Part shown: piece after piece, positions 9,611 through 17,186 of the stretch | Position numbering within the stretch: the first letter of the stretch is position 1 | How the letters are laid out: each line of letters begins with the position of its first letter | Virus record (IMG/VR): IMGVR_UViG_3300034071_001420 | Source of the DNA: an uncultured virus (IMG/VR IMGVR_UViG_3300034071_001420) | Taxonomy: Duplodnaviria > Heunggongvirae > Uroviricota > Caudoviricetes | Strand: one strand, 5' to 3' | DNA: 20,000 bases | The notes under the pieces: model-generated | The model's database searches: none | Told to the model about the DNA's origin: nothing | Seen by the model: only the letters and a program-made list of their open reading frames with translations | Made by a program: the position numbers and the translations under genes

Positions 9611-10809
9611 TCAAATACTCCTTCTAAAGTATTAGGGACTTCTTGAGCAATTCGTGCTTCTGCCAGTTTCACATATTCAGGATTTAGTTCTGTGCCGATA
9701 TAGTTTCGTCCGTGAGTCAATGCCACCACAGCAGTTGTGCCGCTGCCTGTGAACGGATCAAACACCGTACACGGAGTTATTGTGGCATTTTCGCAAGTGC
9801 ATGATGGAACCCATCCGATAGTTTTAGAATGGCAAACTGGGCCTCTTCTAATATCTTTGGTTTCTCCACCACCTTGTAGGTTTTTTCCGTTCTTTCCTTC
9901 TGGCAGATTACCGCTTCTTCCACTACCACTTTCAAATGTTCTTTTTATTTCTACCTCTCTGCTCCAAGGTCTACCACACTTTGAACAGCATCCGTGTTCG
10001 CTAGTTCCTGCCAGTACACACGGTTGGATCAAGTCCTTTGGGTAAGTGGCAAAGTGTGCGCCCTTGTACGCCTTGGTAGTCACCGTCCACACCGAACGCT
10101 TGTTTCGCTTGCCGTCTGCCGCCCACACCCGATCAGGTTCTAGTGCAGGATCGCGTGCGCCCTTGTCTTGCGGTTGTGTGCGGTTCTTGTTGCCCGGTGC
10201 GTGTGGCTTGCCCACAGCGTCTTCCTTGACAGCCTCGTGATCGTAGTAGTACTTGGGCTGTTTGGTCAACATGAAAATGTACTCATGCGACTTGGTGCAG
10301 CGGTCGGTCACACTCTCGGGCATGGGATTGGGCTTGTTCCAAATAATGTCTTGACGCAAATACCATCCGTCAGCCTGTAGAGCAAGAGCCACTCGCCACG
10401 GAATACCAATCAAGTCCTTGTGCTTTAGCCCTTCACGCTTGGCTCCTGCCTTGCCCTTTTGGCTCACACCCTTGTAGCCGTCAGCGTACTTGACCTTGCC
10501 GTATGCAGGAGTGTCTTCACCCATCTTACGCAACTGCTCCATGCCTCCGCTTGTGGTGGCATACGAATCGCCAAGGTTTAGCCATAGCGTACCGTCATCC
10601 CGAAGAATACGACGAGCCTCGCGGAACACCTCCACCATTTTCTGTACATACTGGTCAGGGGTTTCTTCGCCACCAATCTCTGCATCACCACCGTCGTAAT
10701 CACGAAGCCCGTAGTACGGGGGTGAAGTAATAATGGTTTGAACGCAGCCATCGGGCAGCGTCTTCATGCCCTCAATGCAGTCGCCAAGAATGATGCGGTG
10801 TGTGTTCAT
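9607..10809 (-). CDS. Beta-class amino DNA methyltransferase (N4-C/N6-A family) with Cys-rich insertion
   Basis: IITSPPYYGLRDY, LWLNLGDSY, WYLRQDIIWNKPNPMPES, HEYIF, HFATYP, FDPFTGSGTT; insertion bounded by CCSKC and SCTC. Confidence 0.93.
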   Translation of the reverse strand: MNTHRIILGDCIEGMKTLPDGCVQTIITSPPYYGLRDYDGGDAEIGGEETPDQYVQKMVEVFREARRILRDDGTLWLNLGDSYATTSGGMEQLRKMGEDTPAYGKVKYADGYKGVSQKGKAGAKREGLKHKDLIGIPWRVALALQADGWYLRQDIIWNKPNPMPESVTDRCTKSHEYIFMLTKQPKYYYDHEAVKEDAVGKPHAPGNKNRTQPQDKGARDPALEPDRVWAADGKRNKRSVWTVTTKAYKGAHFATYPKDLIQPCVLAGTSEHGCCSKCGRPWSREVEIKRTFESGSGRSGNLPEGKNGKNLQGGGETKDIRRGPVCHSKTIGWVPSCTCENATITPCTVFDPFTGSGTTAVVALTHGRNYIGTELNPEYVKLAEARIAQEVPNTLEGVFE

Positions 10810-11516
10810 AATAGATTTAAGAAATGAGAAAGTCCATAATAAGGAGAGTATAGATCATCTGGAATGTCCCAGCATAAACAATTTTCCCATAATTCGTTTT
10901 TGTAAAATACTACTCCCGACTCCGAAAGTTTGTTTAGGTTTATCAAACACCATGTTCCGTACATCAAGCGAACAGAAAAAACATATGTGGTGTAGTTTGT
11001 TTGCTTTAGTGCTGTATCAACTTTATGTTTCTTGATATGGCATTTTCCCGTATGTGTACCGCATTGGACTTCTACCATTATCTTTTTATCTTGATTTATC
11101 AGATCAGCATCACCTTGTCTCTTAAATGATTTCCAATTAGAGATATCGTCTTTTCCATTGCGATTCAAGCCATCTATCATCAACTGTTCACATATGAATG
11201 GGACAAACACCTTTTCACAAATGTATCCTTGCATCCAATTGTAATATACATCTTCAATTGATCTTCCATTATTATTCATTTTGAGCAATAGACCATTGGA
11301 TCTTATGCTTTCGTATGTACTTTGTATATCTTGTGCTATATCTCCATTATATTGAACTGGAAGAGTCTTATTGATTGTAGAAAAAATTGTCTTTAGTCTT
11401 TCATTTCTTTCTTCTACTAGTTTCCAATTAGGAGAAATGATATCTTTTGCAGTCAACCACTTACGGAGTAATTGTTGATTTTTAAATCCCATAGATTTTA
11501 AATATGGATTCTTCAC
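10806..11516 (-). CDS. Putative PD-(D/E)xK-fold, type II restriction-endonuclease-like nuclease
   Basis: Helix E (GYICEK) followed by GDAD-x10-EVQ, a D...ExQ variant of the PD-(D/E)xK site; ATGA-coupled to the MTase. Sampled 60-nt lines are 28% and 37% GC versus 63% for a sampled line in the MTase. Confidence 0.55.
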   Translation of the reverse strand: MKNPYLKSMGFKNQQLLRKWLTAKDIISPNWKLVEERNERLKTIFSTINKTLPVQYNGDIAQDIQSTYESIRSNGLLLKMNNNGRSIEDVYYNWMQGYICEKVFVPFICEQLMIDGLNRNGKDDISNWKSFKRQGDADLINQDKKIMVEVQCGTHTGKCHIKKHKVDTALKQTNYTTYVFSVRLMYGTWCLINLNKLSESGVVFYKNELWENCLCWDIPDDLYSPYYGLSHFLNLL

Positions 11517-11950
11517 ATAATATCCCCGTAGAACTTACCACGCACAAAGAAGTTTTCTTCATGCTGCTCAAAGCCAAAGCACTCTCTAGCATACTCCAAG
11601 ATGATACCCTTGTCAAACTTGTTGCACGAGTACACATCAAGCGTAATAAATCGCTTTGGTTCCATTGAGTGGATTTGGATGCCGCTCTCAATGAGTGGAA
11701 CCCAACCGCTCACCCCTGCCTTGTCAGGATACAGTTCTGTGCCGTGGTTGGTTGGGCCGTGCATCACCACAGGTTGGCTCATGCGGGTCATGCCAATTTT
11801 GTCCACAACCCGCTCAAGAAAGCGGTAGTGGAGTTCCAAGTCATCGGCTGCTCCAACGCGACAACTGTACATGTCCAAGTAGTACGAATATCCGAATGGC
11901 TTGTTTGTGTCTGCTGTGCTATCAGCAGAGGTGGTCTTGTAGGGTTCCAT
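11513..11950 (-). CDS. speD: Pyruvoyl-dependent S-adenosylmethionine decarboxylase proenzyme (SpeD/SpeH-like)
   Basis: YYLDMYSC, GVSGWVPLIE|SGIQIHS (ES self-cleavage site, downstream His), TLDVYSC, terminal RG. ATG 11950 has a GGAG RBS. Confidence 0.85.
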   Translation of the reverse strand: MEPYKTTSADSTADTNKPFGYSYYLDMYSCRVGAADDLELHYRFLERVVDKIGMTRMSQPVVMHGPTNHGTELYPDKAGVSGWVPLIESGIQIHSMEPKRFITLDVYSCNKFDKGIILEYARECFGFEQHEENFFVRGKFYGDIM

Positions 11951-12596
11951 TATTTTGTTCTCCAAGTTTTTGAAATGCTGATTCCAACAATAGTAATTGA
12001 GACTTCCAATCGTCTATCCATCGGTACATGGCATCGCGGATAAACTGGTGGGGATTGGCGTTTGCAATTTCAATAACATGCGGTATGGACTCTCGCATGG
12101 CTACAAACTCTGCTTCCTCTTTGGTTGAGAAGTAACCGACATATTTAACCACCCCAATATTTTTCCGACCACGCCAAGGTCTTTTAGGGCATTGGTGTAT
12201 ACGAGAAACACTTCCTAGTTTAGTTGAATGTGGGCGAAAAATAAGATTCTCCCGACCAGTCAAAAAGCAACAGGTATCAGAACCGTAAACCTTGTTGCCC
12301 TTTACCAACAGGTCTTTGTCAATCTGAAGGTCTTGCCAATTGTTTTGAGGTTGGCTATTCAACCATTCATTAAACTTTGAACGGTAAATCCAATCGGGGC
12401 AAACCGTGACTCCTTTGTATGCTACAAATCTATACCCATCTTGGCGGTAACATCTTCTAAGAATATCCTTCCATATAGCATATTTTGGACAGTTCCACCG
12501 TTTGCCGTTCACTATCCCCCTAGTGGGTTCATTCGGTAGGTCATTGATACCTACCCCAAAAATCAAATGATTGTTACCTTTGTACTTGCTAGCCAT
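11922..12596 (-). CDS. Free-standing HNH-type homing endonuclease with C-terminal AP2-like DNA-binding region
   Basis: IFGVGIND, YAIWKDILRRCY, YKGVTVCPDW, LQIDKDLL..GNKVY...TCCFL...EN, then KRPWRG...YVGYFSTKEEA. Confidence 0.85.
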   Translation of the reverse strand: MASKYKGNNHLIFGVGINDLPNEPTRGIVNGKRWNCPKYAIWKDILRRCYRQDGYRFVAYKGVTVCPDWIYRSKFNEWLNSQPQNNWQDLQIDKDLLVKGNKVYGSDTCCFLTGRENLIFRPHSTKLGSVSRIHQCPKRPWRGRKNIGVVKYVGYFSTKEEAEFVAMRESIPHVIEIANANPHQFIRDAMYRWIDDWKSQLLLLESAFQKLGEQNNGTLQDHLC

Positions 12597-12600
12597 TTAG

Positions 12601-12663
12601 TCACTCCAATTCTTGTGCTTGTTTTTCTTTGTTATCCTCTCGCCATTTTTTCTTATCAAACAT
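12601..12663 (-). CDS. Possible 20-aa mini-ORF (MFDKKKWREDNKEKQAQELE)
   Basis: ATG 1 nt after the Mom-like stop; fills the gap; its 3' end carries the GGAG RBS of the HNH gene. Confidence 0.4.
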   Translation of the reverse strand: MFDKKKWREDNKEKQAQELE

Positions 12664-12664
12664 A

Positions 12665-13582
12665 TCACTTCCCCCTTTCCTTTGGATACGGTTTGGGTGG
12701 ATTGCGAGTAGTAAACTCCCGTCTCAACTTTTTAGTTTCGGCTTTGGTTGCACCCAACACAAAAGCGTACTTGTGCTTGCTGGGCATCTGAATCTTTTGG
12801 GATTCGCTCTGCTTCTTTTTGCTGTGGGCACGGAGTTGTGCTTCCACTTCCGCAGGCACATTCTCCCACAGCATACGCTGATCGTTGTTCCAATCTCGCT
12901 CCCACTTGATGCCCAACTCTTTGGCGTATTTCTTGTACGCACTACGCACACGGAAGAATCGGTCGCTCACAACCCTGCCTGTGTACGGATTGATATACCG
13001 TGTGGTGGTTCCCGACTCTTGCCCCAAGTAGTACCAGTTACACGCTTGGTAAATGGTTCCCAACTCTTTTGCGGTGGGGTCAGAGTACGCGGTAAACAAG
13101 CGGTACTGTGTGTGCTTTACCATCCACCCGCAGCACCACATTAGAAACGAACTTGCAAGATTCTTGGGACTCCATGACACACACGCACCACGACTCACCA
13201 ACCGCTCAATGGTTTTGGTGTCTTCGCCAAGCAGTTTGGAAAATGCGTTGGGCATATTCATCAGAATCACCCCTGCCATGATGTCTTTGCCTACCAACCC
13301 CTGATGGGGATCGTGGTAATACGCACCAAACCAATGGGTAGTGTACTGTGACAGGTTTCCCAACCACTCGTGCCGCTTGATAAACGCTACTGCTTCCGCA
13401 CGATCTTCAGGAGTATCCAACGGACGGAATACAAAATCAGAAACCCGAAGTGCCTGTGCAGCAGTTTCGGTTAGACATGCGGCTTGTAGATCGTCTTCGC
13501 GGTTACGGAGACGAATATCGTACTGCCAACAGTGGTCTTTGTTGTATTCCCGTAGGCACGGGTTTTCTGTTTCTGCTTCCAT
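12665..13582 (-). CDS. Mom-like (phage Mu Mom family, GNAT fold) DNA base-modifying enzyme
   Basis: AFIKRHEWLG, FGAYY, AGVILM, IERLVSRG...PKNLASSFL, and the hallmark TAYSDP...GTIYQACNWYYLG; basic C-terminal extension ending KHKYAF...PYPK. Confidence 0.8.
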   Translation of the reverse strand: MEAETENPCLREYNKDHCWQYDIRLRNREDDLQAACLTETAAQALRVSDFVFRPLDTPEDRAEAVAFIKRHEWLGNLSQYTTHWFGAYYHDPHQGLVGKDIMAGVILMNMPNAFSKLLGEDTKTIERLVSRGACVSWSPKNLASSFLMWCCGWMVKHTQYRLFTAYSDPTAKELGTIYQACNWYYLGQESGTTTRYINPYTGRVVSDRFFRVRSAYKKYAKELGIKWERDWNNDQRMLWENVPAEVEAQLRAHSKKKQSESQKIQMPSKHKYAFVLGATKAETKKLRREFTTRNPPKPYPKERGK

Positions 13583-13589
13583 TACATGG

Positions 13590-13973
13590 TCACTTTAGTG
13601 CTTGTTTGATTCTATCCCAATACTTTAGAGTCTTTGGGTTCTTGTACCCACGAGGGCCACCGTTGTGGATGCGAGCCAACTGCTCCATACCCGCACCCTG
13701 TGGCGCGTACCGACACCAATACGCCCACACAATCCGCTCTGCGTAGTCCTTACGCATACAGTCGCGGTACACGCCACCAATAGACGGATCGTACTCCACA
13801 GCGTCTTGCCAATACGAGTACCAAATCTGATAGGGACCAATCGCCTTGCCCCCGTCACCAACCAATACCTTGCCACGCGAGGACTCCACGGTGTACATGG
13901 CATCCAACAGGCGGTTGGTGGGAACAGTAGGCGGAACGCTTAAAACAGCACTCATAATTACAGCAGCAATCAC
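13590..13973 (-). CDS. Lysozyme-superfamily muramidase resembling invertebrate-type lysozyme/destabilase, with hydrophobic N-terminus
   Basis: Catalytic-like VES, GPYQIWYSYWQDA, AYWCRY, ARIHNGGPRG, KYW; GTGA overlap with uvsE. Confidence 0.8.
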   Translation of the reverse strand: MIAAVIMSAVLSVPPTVPTNRLLDAMYTVESSRGKVLVGDGGKAIGPYQIWYSYWQDAVEYDPSIGGVYRDCMRKDYAERIVWAYWCRYAPQGAGMEQLARIHNGGPRGYKNPKTLKYWDRIKQALK

Positions 13974-14893
13974 GCGAGAATCCTTTCACGGCATTCAAGT
14001 AGTGCCAAGTCTTTGGCTTTGGCTTCAAGCATGACATCGTACTCACGCACGGTGTCAAGAAGTGGTATCTCTCCCTGTATGTAGTCTGAATGGGCTTGGG
14101 GACGCGCACCATCACGAGATTCCGAATAATGCACTTTAGGAATTTCACAGAACCCGTCCCAAGTACTGAATGCCATCTTGGCAGCGTCTTCAACGCTTTC
14201 CCGCTGACAGAAGCGGTGGTGATGCACATCCAACACCAACTTCAAGCGGTCACAACGCGACCACAGGATTTCGTACAGATCGCTCATGCTCCACATGGAC
14301 GGCTTGTCATCGTTCTCCACAGTCAGGCGGTTCTGCACACGGGCAGGCAACCGATTGAACCGATCCACAAACCGTTTAGCCGCATCAGTCTTTTCACCGT
14401 AAGTGCCACCCACATGAATATTAATGGCAAACTCGTCACCGTAACCCAACAAGTCCGCAAGCAGCGAGTGCATCTCTAAACACAGAATGCTCTTGTCTGC
14501 TATGTCGTGATCGGGTGAAGCCAAGCAGGTATAAGGGCCGGGATGACACGACAGCCTCATGCCTTGGCTCTTGGCGTACTGCCCTGCGGCAGCAAGGTTA
14601 GCCACGACCGCTTCGTGGTGGTGTGTGTCCAAATCGTGCAGCCCGTACTGTAGTGTGGGGTGATCCATGAACGGAAACACACCGCTCCCAATACGGAAGA
14701 ACCGAATTCCATTTGCGGCATTCCATTGCAGAATAGGCAAAAGGTCTTCGGTATTGCGAACGGCAAGTTCACCCGCCCGCCCAAGCGTAAATCTGTCCAT
14801 ACGAAGTGTGCGGTCGGTAAAGTACCGATCCTTGGGCTTGCGTCCCCGTGCAAGGGACAGGTTTTGACAGGCGTAGCCGAGGTGGCGAATCAT
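13970..14893 (-). CDS. uvsE: UV-damage endonuclease UvsE/UVDE
   Basis: LGYAC, IRFFRIGS, MRLSCHPG, INIHVGG, RLTVENDD, VLDVHHH, PKVHYSE, AHSD, DVMLEAKAKD. ATG 14893 preferred over GTG 14911, which lies inside the promoter spacer. Confidence 0.93.
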   Translation of the reverse strand: MIRHLGYACQNLSLARGRKPKDRYFTDRTLRMDRFTLGRAGELAVRNTEDLLPILQWNAANGIRFFRIGSGVFPFMDHPTLQYGLHDLDTHHHEAVVANLAAAGQYAKSQGMRLSCHPGPYTCLASPDHDIADKSILCLEMHSLLADLLGYGDEFAINIHVGGTYGEKTDAAKRFVDRFNRLPARVQNRLTVENDDKPSMWSMSDLYEILWSRCDRLKLVLDVHHHRFCQRESVEDAAKMAFSTWDGFCEIPKVHYSESRDGARPQAHSDYIQGEIPLLDTVREYDVMLEAKAKDLALLECRERILA

Positions 14894-14899
14894 ACCCCT

Positions 14900-14927
14900 A
14901 GTATACACCACCCTATATTTGTGTCAA
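14900..14927 (-). promoter_or_regulatory. Sigma70-type promoter TTGACA-N16-TATACT for uvsE (probably leaderless)
   Basis: -35 at 14922-14927, -10 at 14900-14905; only 6 nt separate the -10 from the ATG. Confidence 0.75.
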
Positions 14928-14931
14928 GCCG

Positions 14932-15576
14932 TTATTGCGGTCTTTCAATATTATAATTGGCGTTTTCATTTTTTAAATTGTAATAATACGAGTCATCGTC
15001 TCCCTCAATCACCCAACGGTCACTGGCGGCTTCGCATCGGAACACTTTATCGTCAACTTTAAAGTCTGGATTTGTGGGGAAAGGAGTAGTAACAAACGAC
15101 ATGTGTTTCCAAAATATTCTATTATTTGGTTGTAGCGTGTAGCAGCCGTTATCCAACCGTAACATGTGTAAACACTTGTACTGTGTTGGTTCGTCGCTGT
15201 ACGGATTGCCGTACCAATCAAAAGACATCATGTATTCGCCCCACAGTTCTTGTTTATCTTTCAAAACTGTTTTCACCCTTGAGGCTTTAAGATAATCGTA
15301 AACAACCGCTGTGCAGTTCACAGAAAAACAGTCCCACAACTGCAAGTAGTCCAACGGCATTTGTGGTGCGGTTTGTTTGTGACACAACATGTGAATGGGA
15401 ACTCTGCTTCGGACAAGCCCATCATCGGTTAGAACATGAAACAGTAGTGCCCTGTCGGGATTTGATTGGGCAGCAAAAGCAGTAACCTTCACAAATTCAC
15501 CAATGTGATGCTTGTGTTGGTACATATGCTCTTTTCTCATGTAGCAATAAAAATGTGGTATGTTTATGTTAAGCAC
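14932..15576 (-). CDS. Conserved phage hypothetical protein (214 aa)
   Basis: LNINIP, RVPI, LQLWDCFS, LDNG...QPNNRIFW pattern recognised from aquatic phage hypotheticals; GTG start. Confidence 0.8.
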   Translation of the reverse strand: MLNINIPHFYCYMRKEHMYQHKHHIGEFVKVTAFAAQSNPDRALLFHVLTDDGLVRSRVPIHMLCHKQTAPQMPLDYLQLWDCFSVNCTAVVYDYLKASRVKTVLKDKQELWGEYMMSFDWYGNPYSDEPTQYKCLHMLRLDNGCYTLQPNNRIFWKHMSFVTTPFPTNPDFKVDDKVFRCEAASDRWVIEGDDDSYYYNLKNENANYNIERPQ

Positions 15577-15584
15577 GGTTATTC

Positions 15585-15911
15585 TTAATTACTTTCGGAG
15601 TCCTTGTCTTTCAAGTACGCAGCCAGCAGCACCATGTAATTTATCACATCCACACAGGTGTCCATGAACGACTCGTCCTGCACATTCATCTTGCCTGCGT
15701 GAATGAAAGACGACAGGCGGCTCATCTTGTCGGTGAGACGAACCATGAATCCTTGTTCGGTCTTGCAGATGCCCATTGCTTCCACGCGGGTAAAGTTGGC
15801 AAACGGCTCAAGCCCGTCCTTGCCTGCGTAGTCACGGTTCTTGAGACTCATTAGGTCACGAGCAGCCTTGCACAGTTCTGCATGAAATTGTAGTAGTTCG
15901 TCTCGGGTCAT
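15585..15911 (-). CDS. DUF1599 / nucleotide-modification-associated domain 1 (Nmad1)-like all-alpha protein
   Basis: KNRDY, FANF, VRLTDKMSRL, DESFMDTCVDVINYMVL; ATGA-coupled to the dUTPase. Confidence 0.75.
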   Translation of the reverse strand: MTRDELLQFHAELCKAARDLMSLKNRDYAGKDGLEPFANFTRVEAMGICKTEQGFMVRLTDKMSRLSSFIHAGKMNVQDESFMDTCVDVINYMVLLAAYLKDKDSESN

Positions 15912-16450
15912 GCGCCTACTCCTGTGGAACCAAATCCACCGTTACGGGTATCACGATGGGGGCGATCAGCACACCAACCAATGTTTGTGGGCTGGCAACG
16001 CACCAATTCGCCCTGACAGATGCGTGTGTTGTCCTGAATCAGTATTTCTCGTGCCCCGTCTTTGCAGTTAATGTTGCTTACCATGACCATGAGTTCATCG
16101 GTGTAATCGTGGTCAATCACCCCTTCAGCATTGGTCAGCACCAGCCCACTCTTCAGGGCTAGTCCGCTTCGTGCGTGTAGACGCACAGAGAAGCCACGGG
16201 GAATGTCTAGCACTATGCCTGTGGGAACCAAAACGCGCTGATTAGGGAACACCCAAATCCGGCGGGTTCCGTTGGTGGCATCAACCTTCTTCTTTTCGGC
16301 TACCCCTGTAGTGCCAGTATAGTACAGCACTTCATCGGTATGCAAACGGCAGTACACATCAAAACACGCCGACTGCTCGGTGGCAAACTTGGGAAGTACA
16401 GGATTGGTATTGGGAAGGGCGTAAACACCCAGCGTTTCTTGGACTTGCAT
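15908..16450 (-). CDS. dut: Trimeric dUTPase
   Basis: Motifs I-V: SACFDV, ARSGLA, GVIDHDYTDEL, RICQG, RNGGFGSTG; AGGAGA RBS. Confidence 0.95.
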   Translation of the reverse strand: MQVQETLGVYALPNTNPVLPKFATEQSACFDVYCRLHTDEVLYYTGTTGVAEKKKVDATNGTRRIWVFPNQRVLVPTGIVLDIPRGFSVRLHARSGLALKSGLVLTNAEGVIDHDYTDELMVMVSNINCKDGAREILIQDNTRICQGELVRCQPTNIGWCADRPHRDTRNGGFGSTGVGA

Positions 16451-16470
16451 AATGAATCTCCTTTACAGGA

Positions 16471-16498
16471 AGTGTACACACTAAAACGGAAGTGTCAA
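16471..16498 (-). promoter_or_regulatory. Sigma70-type promoter TTGACA-N16-TACACT for the dut operon
   Basis: -35 at 16493-16498 (contains the upstream gene's TGA), -10 at 16471-16476, then AGGAGA and ATG 16450. Confidence 0.7.
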
Positions 16499-16731
16499 GG
16501 GGTTTGTTTGTAAATAAAAGTGTTGTTGGTGCGTTTAAGAATCAGCCCATTGGTTTCGTCTTCTTTATGTACAACAATATCTATTTTTGTTTTTAGTATT
16601 ACCCCACCGGGTTTTGGATACACAAAGGTCTTGTCAGGATTGTGAATCCGCAATTTATTCTTTTTGCTCTTTGCCCGCCCGTCAGTACCGCTGAAGAACT
16701 GGTAGTCAAAATCTTTTATCTTTATTTTCAT
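16495..16731 (-). CDS. Basic, Lys-rich hypothetical protein (78 aa)
   Basis: ATGA overlap with the upstream gene; fills the gap to the promoter. Confidence 0.7.
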   Translation of the reverse strand: MKIKIKDFDYQFFSGTDGRAKSKKNKLRIHNPDKTFVYPKPGGVILKTKIDIVVHKEDETNGLILKRTNNTFIYKQTP

Positions 16732-17186
16732 CGCACCACTTTATCGCTCACCACGAAACGACCTGTCAGCAGTTCGTTCACGGTAGCACCCTGAACCAAG
16801 TCTAGCCCGTACACCCATGTGCCAATAGGAATGTTGCCCATTGTGGTGTAGTCCACAGAGATGCGGATGCCGCCTGTGAATCCGCCACCTGTTTCTCCTG
16901 CGTTCAGGTAGATGCCACCCGTGCCTGCAACACCGGGAGAAGTCCATGTCACACCGTTCTTGGTGGTGGCTCCTGCAAGCCAATCACCAGTAGAACCACC
17001 GCCAGTAACTCCACCCACACTCACTTCCAAAAACTTGTACAGGTTGGCTGTGTTGGGACGCACCTGTAGGCGTGTGCCTGTGTAGCCCGACACATCTACT
17101 GCATTTCCATTGGCATCGTAATACTCAAGGTGGAAATCAAAAGTCTCGTCCTGCTTTACATAGATGTCGTACTGTGCTGATGCCAT
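16728..17186 (-). CDS. Hypothetical beta-rich, Gly/Thr-rich protein, possibly virion structural/adaptor
   Basis: YDIYVKQDETF...VDVSGYT..RLQVR...WVYGLDL...LLTGRFVV pattern typical of Ig-like phage tail/baseplate-associated domains. Confidence 0.7.
   Translation of the reverse strand: MASAQYDIYVKQDETFDFHLEYYDANGNAVDVSGYTGTRLQVRPNTANLYKFLEVSVGGVTGGGSTGDWLAGATTKNGVTWTSPGVAGTGGIYLNAGETGGGFTGGIRISVDYTTMGNIPIGTWVYGLDLVQGATVNELLTGRFVVSDKVVR

Noticed and set aside
11922..12663. Group I intron housing the HNH gene
   Set aside because: Both flanking genes look complete and there is no non-coding room for an intron core.
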